This document shows positions 18,626 to 28,576 of a stretch of DNA of 58,367 bases, in pieces (positions within the stretch are counted from its first letter, which is position 1; each line of letters begins with the position of its first letter). The translations under genes and the position numbers were made by a program. Source of the stretch: Anaerolineae bacterium (GTDB taxonomy: Bacteria; Chloroflexota; Anaerolineae; CG2-30-64-16); contig DAOTZS010000208.1 in the NCBI GenBank assembly GCA_034434335.1, forward strand, positions 1-58,367, given 5' to 3'. The notes beneath the pieces are model-generated. The model saw nothing but the letters and a program-made list of their open reading frames with translations, was not told the DNA's origin and made no database searches.

Positions 18626-19741
18626 ATGGCTACAATAGAATTGCGTAAGGTTGAGAAGAAGTTCGGCGATCTGCACGCCGTCAAGCCCATGGACCTGACC
18701 ATCCATGATGGCGAGTTTGTGGTTTTGCTGGGCCCGTCAGGGTGTGGCAAGACCACCACCCTGCGGATGATTTCGGGCCTCGAAACGGTGACCAGCGGCC
18801 AGATCTTCATTGATGGCCGCGATGTCACGTGGGCCCATCCTAGCGACCGCAACATCGCGTTTGTGTTCCAGTTTTTCGCTCTCTACCCCCACATGACAGT
18901 ATGGCAGAATATTGCCTTCCCTCTTCAGTCAGAAGGCCAGGCGCGGGCCAATATCGAGAAGAGGGTGCAGGAGGTAGCGCGTGTCTTGCGCATTGAGCAC
19001 CTGCTGCACTTGCGGCCCAAGGCGCTCAGCGGCGGCGATAAGCAACGGGTGGCGCTGGCACGGGCGCTGGTACGCCGGCCGGCAGCCTTCCTGATGGATG
19101 AGCCGATTGGCGCGCTGGATGCTGACGCCCGGGAGACCATGCGTGCCGAGATCAAGCGCCTGCACCTGGCCCAAAACGCGACCACAGTTTACGTTACCCA
19201 TGATCAGATTGAAGCTATGGCGATGGGGGATCGGGTGGTAGTGATGTCAGAAGCGGTCGTCCAGCAGATAGGCACCCCGGCAGAGGTGTATTATAAGCCG
19301 GCCAATCTGTTTGTGGCTCGCTTTATCGGCAGCCCGGGCATGAACCTGGTGCGAGGCCACTATGCCGATGGGATAGTATACCTGCCTGGCGATAACCGTT
19401 ATCAGGTTCCTGCCTCATGGCGACCTGCTCTGCAAGAGGCCCTGGGTGGCCAGGGGGAGGTCATACTGGGCTTCCGCCCCGAGGCAGGCCGGCTCAGCAG
19501 CGAAGGGGCATTGGCCGCCCAGGTATACGCGAGCGATCTGCACGGCGCCTATACCATGCTGCACCTCAGCTTGAACGACGAACTGATCCATATCCGTACA
19601 GAGCGCAGCCAGGGCTATCATCCTATCGGCGTCGTAGTGCGATTTGACATACTCTCAGATATGGTCCGCTTCTTTGATCCGCGTACCGAGAAGGCCATTC
19701 GTAGGGTTGGCAGCGGTTCGCCGGCCGAGGAGGTAGGTTGA
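18626..19741 (+). CDS. ABC transporter ATP-binding protein, MalK/UgpC-like (first of two)
   Basis: 'GPSGCGKTT', 'LSGGDKQRVALARAL' and 'FLMDEP', plus a C-terminal TOBE-like regulatory part. Confidence 0.9.
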   Translation: MATIELRKVEKKFGDLHAVKPMDLTIHDGEFVVLLGPSGCGKTTTLRMISGLETVTSGQIFIDGRDVTWAHPSDRNIAFVFQFFALYPHMTVWQNIAFPLQSEGQARANIEKRVQEVARVLRIEHLLHLRPKALSGGDKQRVALARALVRRPAAFLMDEPIGALDADARETMRAEIKRLHLAQNATTVYVTHDQIEAMAMGDRVVVMSEAVVQQIGTPAEVYYKPANLFVARFIGSPGMNLVRGHYADGIVYLPGDNRYQVPASWRPALQEALGGQGEVILGFRPEAGRLSSEGALAAQVYASDLHGAYTMLHLSLNDELIHIRTERSQGYHPIGVVVRFDILSDMVRFFDPRTEKAIRRVGSGSPAEEVG

Positions 19742-20802
19742 TGGCCAGCGTTGAGTTGCGGCGCATTACCAAGCGTTTCAAAGCTGTCACAGCTCTGAAC
19801 GGCGTTTCCTTTGATGTCAAGGAGGGAGAGTTCTTCGTTTTGCTGGGCCCTACTGGTGCGGGCAAGACAACCACCCTGCGGGTCATCGCTGGCTTAGAGC
19901 GGCCGGACCAGGGAGAGGTGTTGTTCGACGGCGAGCCGGTGAACCACCTGAGCCCCTCAGAGCGCGACGTGGCCTTTGTCTTTGAGCAGTACTCTCTCTA
20001 CCCCTCGATGTCGGTGTATGATAACCTGGCCTTTCCCCTCCGTTCACCTTTGCGGCGGATGCCCGAACCCGAGATCCGTCGCCGGGTTCAAGAGACCGCC
20101 GAGAAGCTTCGCATCAGCCATCTGTTGCAACGCACAACAGCCCATCTCTCTGGGGGAGAGATGCAGCGGGTATCGTTAGGAAGGGCGCTGGTGCGGGACC
20201 CGCGTATCTTTCTCATGGACGAGCCCCTATCGAATCTGGACGCCAAGCTGCGAGAGGCCCTGCGTGTTGAGCTCAAGCATCTCCAGAAGACCGAGGGTAG
20301 CACAACTCTATTCGTTACCCATGATCAGATCGAAGCCCTCACCATGGGTGACCGGATAGGGGTGCTCTCTAGAGGGCACATTATCCAGATTGGCACGCCC
20401 GAGGATATCTATGACCGGCCTGCGACCACTTTTGTCGCTCAACTGGTGGGTACCCCCCGGATTAACTTGGTGGAAGCCCACCGCGAAGATGATACCCTAT
20501 ATATTAGCGATAGCCCCGTGCGTCTGCCCCTTCCCCCGGGCCGCGACGTCCCCCCTACCTTGCTGGTGGGGGTGCGCCCCGAGGATGTGCGTATTCACGC
20601 GGAGGGAGAGTTCCTGGCGGAGATCGCTTTGACTGAGCCATTGGGAGTAGAGACAATCTTGCACCTGAGGGCAGGCAAGCAGACCTTGCTAAGCATTGTG
20701 CCGGGGATGACCGATTTACGGGTGAAAGATCAGGTGCGGTTCAGCATTCTGCGTGAGCGGTTGCATTATTTCCGGCCAGACGGAACAAGGATCACGGGAT
20801 GA
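19738..20802 (+). CDS. ABC transporter ATP-binding protein, MalK/UgpC-like (second of two)
   Basis: 'GPTGAGKTT', 'LSGGEMQRVSLGRAL' and 'FLMDEP'. It overlaps the previous gene by 4 nt. Confidence 0.9.
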   Translation: MMASVELRRITKRFKAVTALNGVSFDVKEGEFFVLLGPTGAGKTTTLRVIAGLERPDQGEVLFDGEPVNHLSPSERDVAFVFEQYSLYPSMSVYDNLAFPLRSPLRRMPEPEIRRRVQETAEKLRISHLLQRTTAHLSGGEMQRVSLGRALVRDPRIFLMDEPLSNLDAKLREALRVELKHLQKTEGSTTLFVTHDQIEALTMGDRIGVLSRGHIIQIGTPEDIYDRPATTFVAQLVGTPRINLVEAHREDDTLYISDSPVRLPLPPGRDVPPTLLVGVRPEDVRIHAEGEFLAEIALTEPLGVETILHLRAGKQTLLSIVPGMTDLRVKDQVRFSILRERLHYFRPDGTRITG

Positions 20803-20853
20803 GAGCCCGGCTGTCTCGTGAGATGAACGCGGCAACATAGTGAGGCCAAGAAA

Positions 20854-21141
20854 ATGACCTGGCAATTCCTGATATTCATTGTTTGCTTCCTGGCCATCTT
20901 GATCGCTTTCATTTACTCCATTGTGTATCTGGCGCGCAGGCTGCATGGACGTGTTCCACCGCGCATCTATAGCCGGATCGAACTGACCATCATTGCCGGC
21001 ATCATCCTCGGTGTGGTGGGCATGTTTCAGCCTTGGATCCATGATGCATATCGCGTGGGCTTCTACATCCTGCTTTTCTCCACCCTCTCCTTCATTGTCT
21101 GGAGCCATATAACCCCAGCGCAAGCTCAGGATGGCTCATAA
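20854..21141 (+). CDS. Small hydrophobic membrane protein (about three TM segments), unknown function
   Basis: Strongly hydrophobic 95-aa ORF directly after the ABC operon. No family recognised. Confidence 0.5.
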   Translation: MTWQFLIFIVCFLAILIAFIYSIVYLARRLHGRVPPRIYSRIELTIIAGIILGVVGMFQPWIHDAYRVGFYILLFSTLSFIVWSHITPAQAQDGS

Positions 21142-21166
21142 TCTGCTGCCCAGGGCGAAAAAGAAC

Positions 21167-21201
21167 GGGGGCTGGAAGTCACGCTGGCTTCCCCAGCCCC
21201 C
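21167..21201. terminator. GC-rich stem-loop between convergent genes (bidirectional terminator candidate)
   Basis: GGGGGCTGG (21167-21175) pairs with CCAGCCCCC (21193-21201). It is located between the 20854-21141 (+) and xylB (-) stops. Confidence 0.55.
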
Positions 21202-21234
21202 GCTCGTAAGGCGCCAGGCATTCTTCAGAGACGG

Positions 21235-22752
21235 TCAGTTGGTGAGCGCATCAAAGGTGGGTTTCAAGGCTCTATAGAGTGCCCGGTAGGACGGATACAA
21301 CCTCTGGTAGACCATAACCGCGTCAGGCTGGGGTGCTGTGCTGCTGATGACCCGGATAGCTTTGTTCACCGCCTCGTGGACATCCTTGTAGACCCCTGTG
21401 CCTACCCCAGCCAGCAGAGCCGCGCCGAAAGCCGCCCCCTCCGTCACATTGACCAATACCAGTTCGGTATTGAACACGTCGGCCTGGATCTGCCGCCAAA
21501 GCGCGCTGCGTGCGCCACCGCCGGATGCCCGCACCTGCTCAATCGGCACCCCTAACTGTTTAATCAGCTCCAGGCTGTCGCGTAATCCGAAAGATACTCC
21601 CTCCAGCACCGCGCGCACCAGATGTGCCTTCGTATGACGTAAGGTCAAGCCAACAAAGGCCCCCCGCGCATTGGGATCTGGATAAGGGCAGCGTTCGCCT
21701 GTCAGATAGGGCAAGAAGAGCAGGCCTTCAGCCCCCGGGGGCACGGTAGCCGCTTCACGCGTCAGGATCTCATAGGGATCCTCCTTGGTCAGGTTGGCCA
21801 CAGCGTGCTCAGGCTGGCCAAGGGCATCGCGGAACCAGCGGAATGCACCGCCGGCCGAGAGCATGACCCCCATAGCGTGCCAGGCACCCGGGACAGCGTG
21901 GCAGAAGATGTGCAGCCGGCCCTCAGGCTCAGCCACGAACCGATCCAGATGAGCAAAGACTACGCCACTGGTCCCGCTGGTGACCGAAATGACCCCTGAG
22001 CGCACGATGCCACTTCCGACAGCCTGGGCAGCCTGGTCACCACCCCCACCGACAACGGGCGTCCCGGCTGGTAAGCCTGTCGCCTGCGCAGCCTCGCGGG
22101 TCACGGATCCCGACACCACGTGCGATTCCGCGCAGGCTGGCAGCCACGCGGGCGGGATCTCCAGCAGCCCGGTCATCTCTGCTGACCAACGACGCATTCT
22201 GACATCAAACAGGGAGGTGCCAGAGGCGTCAGATACTTCGGTGGCATATTCGCCTGTAAGGCGCAGCCGCACGTAATCTTTAGGCAGCAGGATATGCGCC
22301 ACCCTGGCATACACCTCTGGCTCGTTTTGGCGCACCCATAAGATCTTAGGGGCGGTGAAGCCGGGTAGGACGGGATTGGCTGTCCACTCCAGCACGCGCT
22401 CCAAGCCCCCAGCGCGTCGGGTAATCTCCTCGCATTGAGGGCCGGTGCGCTGATCGTTCCAGAGGATGGCGGGGCGCAGGACGTTATCCCCTTTATCCAG
22501 CAGAACCAGTCCGTGCATCTGGCCTGTGAGGCCAATGCCCTGGATTTGGGCATGGTCCACCCCTGGTGTTGACAGCACGCGCCGGATGGCACGCTGGCAT
22601 CCGTGCCACCAATCTTCCGGGTTCTGTTCGCTCCACAGCGGCTTGGGCGTATAAAGCGGGTATTCCTCTGTAGCGCTGGCGACCACTTCGCCCTGCGTGT
22701 TCACCAGCAAAGCTTTTGCGCCAGTCGTGCTGACATCAATGCCTAGTAGCAT
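21235..22752 (-). CDS. xylB: Xylulokinase (FGGY family)
   Basis: 'LLGIDVSTTGAKALL' and 'LWSEQNPEDWW', with an FGGY C-terminal domain. Confidence 0.9.
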   Translation of the reverse strand: MLLGIDVSTTGAKALLVNTQGEVVASATEEYPLYTPKPLWSEQNPEDWWHGCQRAIRRVLSTPGVDHAQIQGIGLTGQMHGLVLLDKGDNVLRPAILWNDQRTGPQCEEITRRAGGLERVLEWTANPVLPGFTAPKILWVRQNEPEVYARVAHILLPKDYVRLRLTGEYATEVSDASGTSLFDVRMRRWSAEMTGLLEIPPAWLPACAESHVVSGSVTREAAQATGLPAGTPVVGGGGDQAAQAVGSGIVRSGVISVTSGTSGVVFAHLDRFVAEPEGRLHIFCHAVPGAWHAMGVMLSAGGAFRWFRDALGQPEHAVANLTKEDPYEILTREAATVPPGAEGLLFLPYLTGERCPYPDPNARGAFVGLTLRHTKAHLVRAVLEGVSFGLRDSLELIKQLGVPIEQVRASGGGARSALWRQIQADVFNTELVLVNVTEGAAFGAALLAGVGTGVYKDVHEAVNKAIRVISSTAPQPDAVMVYQRLYPSYRALYRALKPTFDALTN

Positions 22753-22853
22753 GGTTAAGACTCCTCATTCTTGTGTAATCATGGCAAGCCGAAAGCACCT
22801 GTATGTTCTGGATCAGCCGAAGAGGGAATTCCCGGAGCCGCGCGGTCAGCCCT

Positions 22854-23729
22854 TCACAGATGTTGGGTGAAGAACTCGATACAGCGGCGCCGATACTCTT
22901 GCGGATAGAAATGGTCCACGTTGCGGTGTCCTGCTTCGGGGACACGCCACAACTGCGCCTCAGGTCCAGCCGCGGCCACAAGCTGACGCAAATCCTCGGG
23001 AGGTAGATAGGGGTCTCCGTCGCCATGAATGAAGAGAATAGGCCGCGGCCAGAGCTGTCCAACCCACCGCACCGGCTCATAACGGAACAGATTGGCTCGC
23101 ACGCGCAGGGAAGTGGCGGCCAGCACCAGCCAGGCCAACCAGCCGGCCAGCCAGCGTGGAAGTCCCCGCTCTGTCCCCCATACCCTGAGCGCGCTGCACA
23201 TGCGAGCTGGACCACCATCAGAGATCACAGCACCCACTTGAGGACAAAGAGGAGCAGTCAGCATTGCTACCATTCCACCCATCGAGAATCCCAGTAGCCC
23301 GATGCGTTCGATCCCCCTGCTACGCACAAAGTCCACTGCCCCCAGGACATCCTGCCGCTCCAGATAGCCGGCAGTAGTGATCTGCCCCTCGCTACGGCCA
23401 TGGTTACGGAAATCGAACATCAGCACGTTGAACCCTGCCTCATGAAAGGCCGGCACATACTGGAGGTCAGGATCCATGCTGCCACCGTAACCGTGGAGGA
23501 AGATCACTGCCCGCTCTGAACCCGGGGCTGGTATCCACCAGCCCCGCAGGAGCACTCCATCGCGCGCTGGGAAAGCGACCTCTTCGAAGGGTAATCCGTA
23601 TTGGGCAGGACTGCAGCTCTGATCAGGCCGGCGGCGCCTCGTGAACATATGAGATAGGCCCAGCCCCAGGGTCACAGGCAGCAGCACGACCGACAACAAG
23701 AAGACAAGGAGTCTGCGCCGGCGTCTCAT
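22854..23729 (-). CDS. Membrane-anchored alpha/beta hydrolase
   Basis: N-terminal TM 'LLVFLLSVVLLPV' and nucleophile elbow 'GFSMGG'. ATG at 23729 is preferred over the TTG at 23774. Confidence 0.75.
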   Translation of the reverse strand: MRRRRRLLVFLLSVVLLPVTLGLGLSHMFTRRRRPDQSCSPAQYGLPFEEVAFPARDGVLLRGWWIPAPGSERAVIFLHGYGGSMDPDLQYVPAFHEAGFNVLMFDFRNHGRSEGQITTAGYLERQDVLGAVDFVRSRGIERIGLLGFSMGGMVAMLTAPLCPQVGAVISDGGPARMCSALRVWGTERGLPRWLAGWLAWLVLAATSLRVRANLFRYEPVRWVGQLWPRPILFIHGDGDPYLPPEDLRQLVAAAGPEAQLWRVPEAGHRNVDHFYPQEYRRRCIEFFTQHL

Positions 23730-23763
23730 CTTCGCGGTTGGATGGCTCTGCAAACTTCTGTTG

Positions 23764-24711
23764 TCACCGGGCAAGCTGCTCCTTTACCCAGGCAGCCATA
23801 TCCGGGTCATCGGCGATCTCGGGCCCCAGGCTCAGGCGACGCCATTCATAGGATAGCAGTTTGCCCTGTTGGTCAAAGGTAAATGTGCCAATCCCCAGCA
23901 GGCGGCCGGCATGGCCCGGAAAGGGTTCGTCGGCATGCAGGATCAGTGTGCCAGTGTCTTGGTCTTGCGTAGGGGCTGGCCTGGCCCCGCTGCCCCCGCT
24001 GATGATGATGGCAATGCCGGGGACACTGGCCGCGATCTGGCGGTCTATTCCCTGGCCAGCATGCGAGAGCAGGATCACTATGTCTGCTTGAGGCCGGAGT
24101 TCTGCTACTGCCTTCTGGGCGGAGGCAAGGGGATCTTGTACCGTAATGTCGGGCGACCCTTTTCCGCCGCTGAGCCCCACGATGGCAATACGATAGCCGG
24201 CGAATTCTCGGATGAGATAGGGCGAGGCGATCAGTTGCCCACTTTCCGTGGCCACCGCATTAGCCGAGAGGACAGCAAAGTCAGCCTCGGCCATGCGTTG
24301 GCGCAGAACGGTCAATCCCAGCGCCAGGTCCTGGGGTCCCAGCGCCATGGCGTCGTAGCGCAGGCGATTCATGACCTCGACACTGATCTTCCCTTGAGTC
24401 TTGCGAGCGGGATCCATATCCCCGGTCAGGCTGTCGCCGGCATCCAGCAGTAAGAAGGATTCACTCCTGGCTTTGGCATCTGCGATGGCGGTGGCCCGCC
24501 GGGCCACTCCTCCGACAGCCGGTTGTCAGCCACAGGGCAGGAGATATCCCCAGGTATCGTTGCTGTGCACAATGGTCAACCGCAGTGGGCCAGACGGGGT
24601 TGGACGGGTTACCTCTGTCGGCTGCACAGTGGGGGCTTCTTGTGATGGGCTGCAAGCCACCACAAGAAGCACCGCCAATGCTGCCAAAGCCAGGTTGAGC
24701 AAGTGTCTCAT
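23764..24711 (-). pseudogene. Lipoprotein metallophosphoesterase / 5'-nucleotidase-like gene interrupted by one in-frame TGA (24526-24528); alternatively a selenoprotein
   Basis: ORFs 24526..24747 and 23764..24507 are in the same frame. The joined reading is '...LTIVHSNDTWGYLLPCG*QPAVGGVARRATAI...'. The N-terminus has the lipobox 'LLVVAC' and the NDxxG metallophosphatase motif. Confidence 0.6.
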
Positions 24712-24733
24712 AGAGTGCCACTCCCCGAAACGT

Positions 24734-25552
24734 CTAGCGGGCACCACAAGCCTGAAGGCAGGCCTGCATGTGCCCGCGCGCCTCAGCCGCGATCATGGCG
24801 CACTGGGTCAGGCTGTACTCCCGGGCCCCGATGATTTCCAGGTCCAAGGGACCACGATAGCCATGTTCGTGCAGAATGCGGATGTATCCTACCAGATCGA
24901 TGTTACCACGGCCGTTCACCTGTTCTTCCGGCTTGCCAGGTCCCACCGGGGCCCCTGTCGTCGGGACCGGAAGAGCCTTACAGTCCCGGATATGGACATG
25001 TCTGACCCGATGAATGACCGCCTTGAGCGCATCCAGCGGGTTCTCCCCTGCCCGATATATGTGGGAAGGATCCATATCTACGCCAAAGGCCGGGGAATTC
25101 ACCGCCGCCAGCAAGCGCAGGGTTGTGGGTGTGTTGTAGATCGCTGCCCCTACGTGAGCCTTGACGCAGAGAGTAACGCCATATCGCTCAGCCATCTGCG
25201 CCAGCCGGCCGATGGAATCCACCGACTGCTGAAAGCTGGCTTCATCACCAGCTTTGCCACCAGGACCGCAGTTCACGATAGGAATACCCAGCTCGACCGC
25301 GGCCTGGAAAGCCTTTTCCATCTTTGCCGGATCCTGCGAAGGCTGCTCTATGGCCAGGAGCTCCAGGCTGTATTCCCTGGCCAGGCGTTTGATTTCCGGC
25401 ACGATCTCTTGCCAGCGATCCAGCACCAGGTGTTGGCTCATGCCCTCGATTGCGGAGAGCTCGATGCCATCATAGCCTGCCAGGGCAAGATGGCGAAAAG
25501 CGGTTTCCAGATCGTAGCCGCCAAAGAGGACGGAATTCGCTCCCAATTTCAT
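24734..25552 (-). CDS. Xylose-isomerase-like TIM-barrel sugar-phosphate isomerase/epimerase
   Basis: 'GYDGIELSA' and 'HVHIRD'. ATG at 25552 follows GGAGGAG. Confidence 0.85.
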   Translation of the reverse strand: MKLGANSVLFGGYDLETAFRHLALAGYDGIELSAIEGMSQHLVLDRWQEIVPEIKRLAREYSLELLAIEQPSQDPAKMEKAFQAAVELGIPIVNCGPGGKAGDEASFQQSVDSIGRLAQMAERYGVTLCVKAHVGAAIYNTPTTLRLLAAVNSPAFGVDMDPSHIYRAGENPLDALKAVIHRVRHVHIRDCKALPVPTTGAPVGPGKPEEQVNGRGNIDLVGYIRILHEHGYRGPLDLEIIGAREYSLTQCAMIAAEARGHMQACLQACGAR

Positions 25553-25596
25553 GGCACTCCTCCTGAGCACTGCCGCTGCAGAGTATGCAATGAGGG

Positions 25597-26685
25597 TCAA
25601 TCTAACAGGATAGCCGGATCGCCATGGAGAGGCGGCAAGGGGTGTGGCCGGACGAGCGCGCCACCGCTCTCATACGACTCGATCACCGCCCAAGTGTACT
25701 CCAGTGCGGCCAGAGCATCCCGCCCCGAGGCCCGTAACATCTCCTTGGGGACACCGTTGCTGACATCTTCGAGGAAAGCGTGGATTCGGTTAGCAAAAGT
25801 CGTGTTGAAGTCGGTCGTCCCGGAATGGGTCACCACCGGCTCTCCCGGCTTTTCAACCGAGCGATAGATGATTTTCTCAACACAATTCTCGATGCGGAAG
25901 ACCCCTTTAGTGCCGGCTACTTCCAGCATCCACCAGAGGCCTTCGCCCGTTGGCGCATCGCCTCGCTGGCTCAGCAGGTACCCTATGCAACCGTTGGCAA
26001 AGCGCACATTGATCCCTGCGACGGAGAGCATGACGTCCTGCGCTCTCCTGCGGTAGCCGGGCCGTTCCACAAAGGCCTGGATGTGAGTGATGTCGCCGCA
26101 GAAGTGGCGCATGACCGAGAAGGGATGCGACAGGAATGCTTTCAGATGGAAGTAAGGCCATCCCTTGACGCGGCTGGAATCAGGGGGGCGGTAGTTAGGA
26201 GGTTCGCCACCGCCGAAGCCCATCAAATGCAGACAGTAGATCTGCTCACCGATCTGACCGTTCGCGATATACTGTTTCCCGCGTTCAGCGGGCAAGGTGA
26301 AGTAATGATTCAGGTTGCAGCCCAGGTAGACATCCTTGCGGGTCGCTGCGGCGACCATCTGACGCGCCTCATTCACATCGTTGGAGAGCGGTTTTTCTAC
26401 CAACACATGTTTGCCGGCCTCTATGGCTTCCATAGTCGGCTCAAAGTGCCAGCTTCCATTCTCAAAGCCGCCCGTGGTCACGTCCACGATGTCAATCTCC
26501 TCCTGACGGAGCATTTCCCTCAGGCTGTAGTAGGCTCTGACTCCGAACCTGGCAGCCGCGGCGTCGGCACGCTCTTTCACTACGTCACACACTGCAACCA
26601 ACTCGGCCAGAGGATCCTGTTTGTAAGCCTGGGCATGCGTGTTGCCGATCCCGCGCATGCCCACCACACCTACTTTGAGAGCCAT
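25597..26685 (-). CDS. Gfo/Idh/MocA family oxidoreductase
   Basis: 'VGVVGMRGIGNTHA' and 'VEKP'. Confidence 0.85.
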   Translation of the reverse strand: MALKVGVVGMRGIGNTHAQAYKQDPLAELVAVCDVVKERADAAAARFGVRAYYSLREMLRQEEIDIVDVTTGGFENGSWHFEPTMEAIEAGKHVLVEKPLSNDVNEARQMVAAATRKDVYLGCNLNHYFTLPAERGKQYIANGQIGEQIYCLHLMGFGGGEPPNYRPPDSSRVKGWPYFHLKAFLSHPFSVMRHFCGDITHIQAFVERPGYRRRAQDVMLSVAGINVRFANGCIGYLLSQRGDAPTGEGLWWMLEVAGTKGVFRIENCVEKIIYRSVEKPGEPVVTHSGTTDFNTTFANRIHAFLEDVSNGVPKEMLRASGRDALAALEYTWAVIESYESGGALVRPHPLPPLHGDPAILLD

Positions 26686-26706
26686 GGTGATTTTCTCCCT
26701 TCAATG

Positions 26707-27699
26707 TCACTTGACGTAAACAACCTTCTCGCCTTCCAGCGACTCGATAGCAGCCTGGAGCACCTTCTGAGCAGCCAGCCCATCCGCGCCGGAGCCATCA
26801 ATGCGCTCGGGCGGCACTCCCATGGTGATCTCTTCCAGAAAGCGATGGATACGGTTGCGGAAGGTGTCTTCAAAATCCCGCATACCACCGAAAACCGGAT
26901 TGGTGTACACTGTCTTCTCCAGGTTTCCGGCGGGATAGAGGGTAACTTCTCGCCACATGTCATCAATGACAAAGCGGCCGGCGGTGCCTGCCACTTCGCA
27001 GCGCTCCATGGGGTGCCCGCGCTCGATGTCATAAGAAGCGGTCAGCCCGCCCACCGCACCGTTGGCAAAACGCACACTTATATGAGCCGTAGACCAGATC
27101 TTGCGGCCCGGAGCCTTGGTCGCAAAGCATTGGACCGCTTCTATCTCACCCCCAAAGTGGCGCATGATATCTACTGTGTGGGGGTTGAGCGATTTGATCA
27201 TGTAGTATGGAGAACTCTCGGCGGGGTTCTTGATCCACATGCTCATATTGATGAAGAGCAGGTGGCCGATTTTGCCTTCATTCTGCCAGCGTTTGGCCAG
27301 GTAGGCAGCGGGGGTGAAACGATGGTTGAGGTTGATGGCATAGCAGACCCCCTTCTGGCGGGCTTTGGCAACCATTTCTTCGGCTTTGGGGATCTCGTTG
27401 TGAATCGGCTTCTCGCCCAACACGTGGCAGCCAGCCTCTAGAGCCTGCATAGTAGGCTCGTAGTGGTCACTTCCATTCTCAAAGCCGGAAGTGGTGATAC
27501 TGCATACGTCAGGTCGTAGGGCATCTAGCATGGTCTGGGCATCGTAGAATGCCGGCACGCCCAACCGGGCCGCAGCAGCATCGGCCCTTTCCTTGATGAT
27601 GTCGCAAACCCCTACCAGCTCGGCCAGGGGGTCTTCTTTGTAGATAGTGGCATGGCGATTACCGATAGGGCCCATGCCGATGACACAGGCTCTGAGCAT
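26707..27699 (-). CDS. Gfo/Idh/MocA family oxidoreductase
   Basis: 'CVIGMGPIGNRHA' and 'GEKP'. Confidence 0.85.
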   Translation of the reverse strand: MLRACVIGMGPIGNRHATIYKEDPLAELVGVCDIIKERADAAAARLGVPAFYDAQTMLDALRPDVCSITTSGFENGSDHYEPTMQALEAGCHVLGEKPIHNEIPKAEEMVAKARQKGVCYAINLNHRFTPAAYLAKRWQNEGKIGHLLFINMSMWIKNPAESSPYYMIKSLNPHTVDIMRHFGGEIEAVQCFATKAPGRKIWSTAHISVRFANGAVGGLTASYDIERGHPMERCEVAGTAGRFVIDDMWREVTLYPAGNLEKTVYTNPVFGGMRDFEDTFRNRIHRFLEEITMGVPPERIDGSGADGLAAQKVLQAAIESLEGEKVVYVK

Positions 27700-27703
27700 G
27701 TGG

Positions 27704-28552
27704 TCATCTCCCCATGGTTAGATCCTGAGGCTCCAGCCCATAGAGGATCTCCGGCTGGGGCTTTGGAGAAGGAGGTGGACTGGGCAGAACTTCAGCCACT
27801 TCTGCAGGTGGTAGTGGCCAGGGGGCCACCGCAGGCAGTTCGTATCCATACTCCTCCAGGGCAGGCCTGAGAAAATCGTAATAGTGCGCCTCGCTGCTCT
27901 GTTTCCAACGCCCCACCGCTTCTGGCCGCACAGGGATCTTGGCCAGTCTGATGCCAAGGAACTCCTCCAGGCGTTGCAAGGTCTCATCCTGCCGCAGTAC
28001 AAAGTCCTCGAAGCGTACTTCGATCCAGTGCCGCGGTTTGGGTGTGGCCTTGACCAGATCGTACTGATACTTCCATGAGATAGCTCTGCGCAGGTATACG
28101 TCGTCGGTGAGGGGATACTGGATACCGAAGTCCCTCAAGTCGTCAGTCAGATGTCTGTTCAGGATGCAATCGCGCGGGTCGCGAATCCAGAAGATGTACT
28201 TCGCGTCTGGAAACATGCGCGCAATCCAGGGAAAAACCAGCGTGGTTTCGGGGATCTTCCACCCCTTGTGGGGCTCGTTGCTCTCCAAGACTGATCTCAG
28301 GTAAGAGTAGATCAGGCTGCTGAATTCCGCCGGGATCTCCATCGAATGCAGTGCGCTCCAGTCCCACTTCAGGTCCCCACACCAGCGGACATACCGGGCA
28401 AGAACCCGACAAGCTTCATACATGTCTTGCGGGGGCAACAGGTCACCCGATTCGTTGAGAGGCGCGCCCATGAACACGCCGCTCGCAGACAGGGTGTGGG
28501 ACATCGCCCGCGTGCCCGAATGCCCCCGGCCGATAACGGTGATCAGCGACAT
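27704..28552 (-). CDS. Cytoplasmic sulfotransferase-family protein
   Basis: 5'-PSB-like 'GRGHSGTR' at the N-terminus and 3'-PB-like 'WIRDPRDCILN'. No signal peptide. Confidence 0.7.
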   Translation of the reverse strand: MSLITVIGRGHSGTRAMSHTLSASGVFMGAPLNESGDLLPPQDMYEACRVLARYVRWCGDLKWDWSALHSMEIPAEFSSLIYSYLRSVLESNEPHKGWKIPETTLVFPWIARMFPDAKYIFWIRDPRDCILNRHLTDDLRDFGIQYPLTDDVYLRRAISWKYQYDLVKATPKPRHWIEVRFEDFVLRQDETLQRLEEFLGIRLAKIPVRPEAVGRWKQSSEAHYYDFLRPALEEYGYELPAVAPWPLPPAEVAEVLPSPPPSPKPQPEILYGLEPQDLTMGR

Positions 28553-28576
28553 AGGACGATTTGACAGCCTTCCTTT

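Noticed and set aside
24401-27441. 488-aa (24401..25867) and 553-aa (25780..27441) plus-strand ORFs opposite the TIM-barrel and Gfo/Idh/MocA genes
   Set aside because: They have no domain signatures and their composition is typical of antisense GC-rich frames. The minus-strand genes have Rossmann motifs, RBSs and tight operon spacing.
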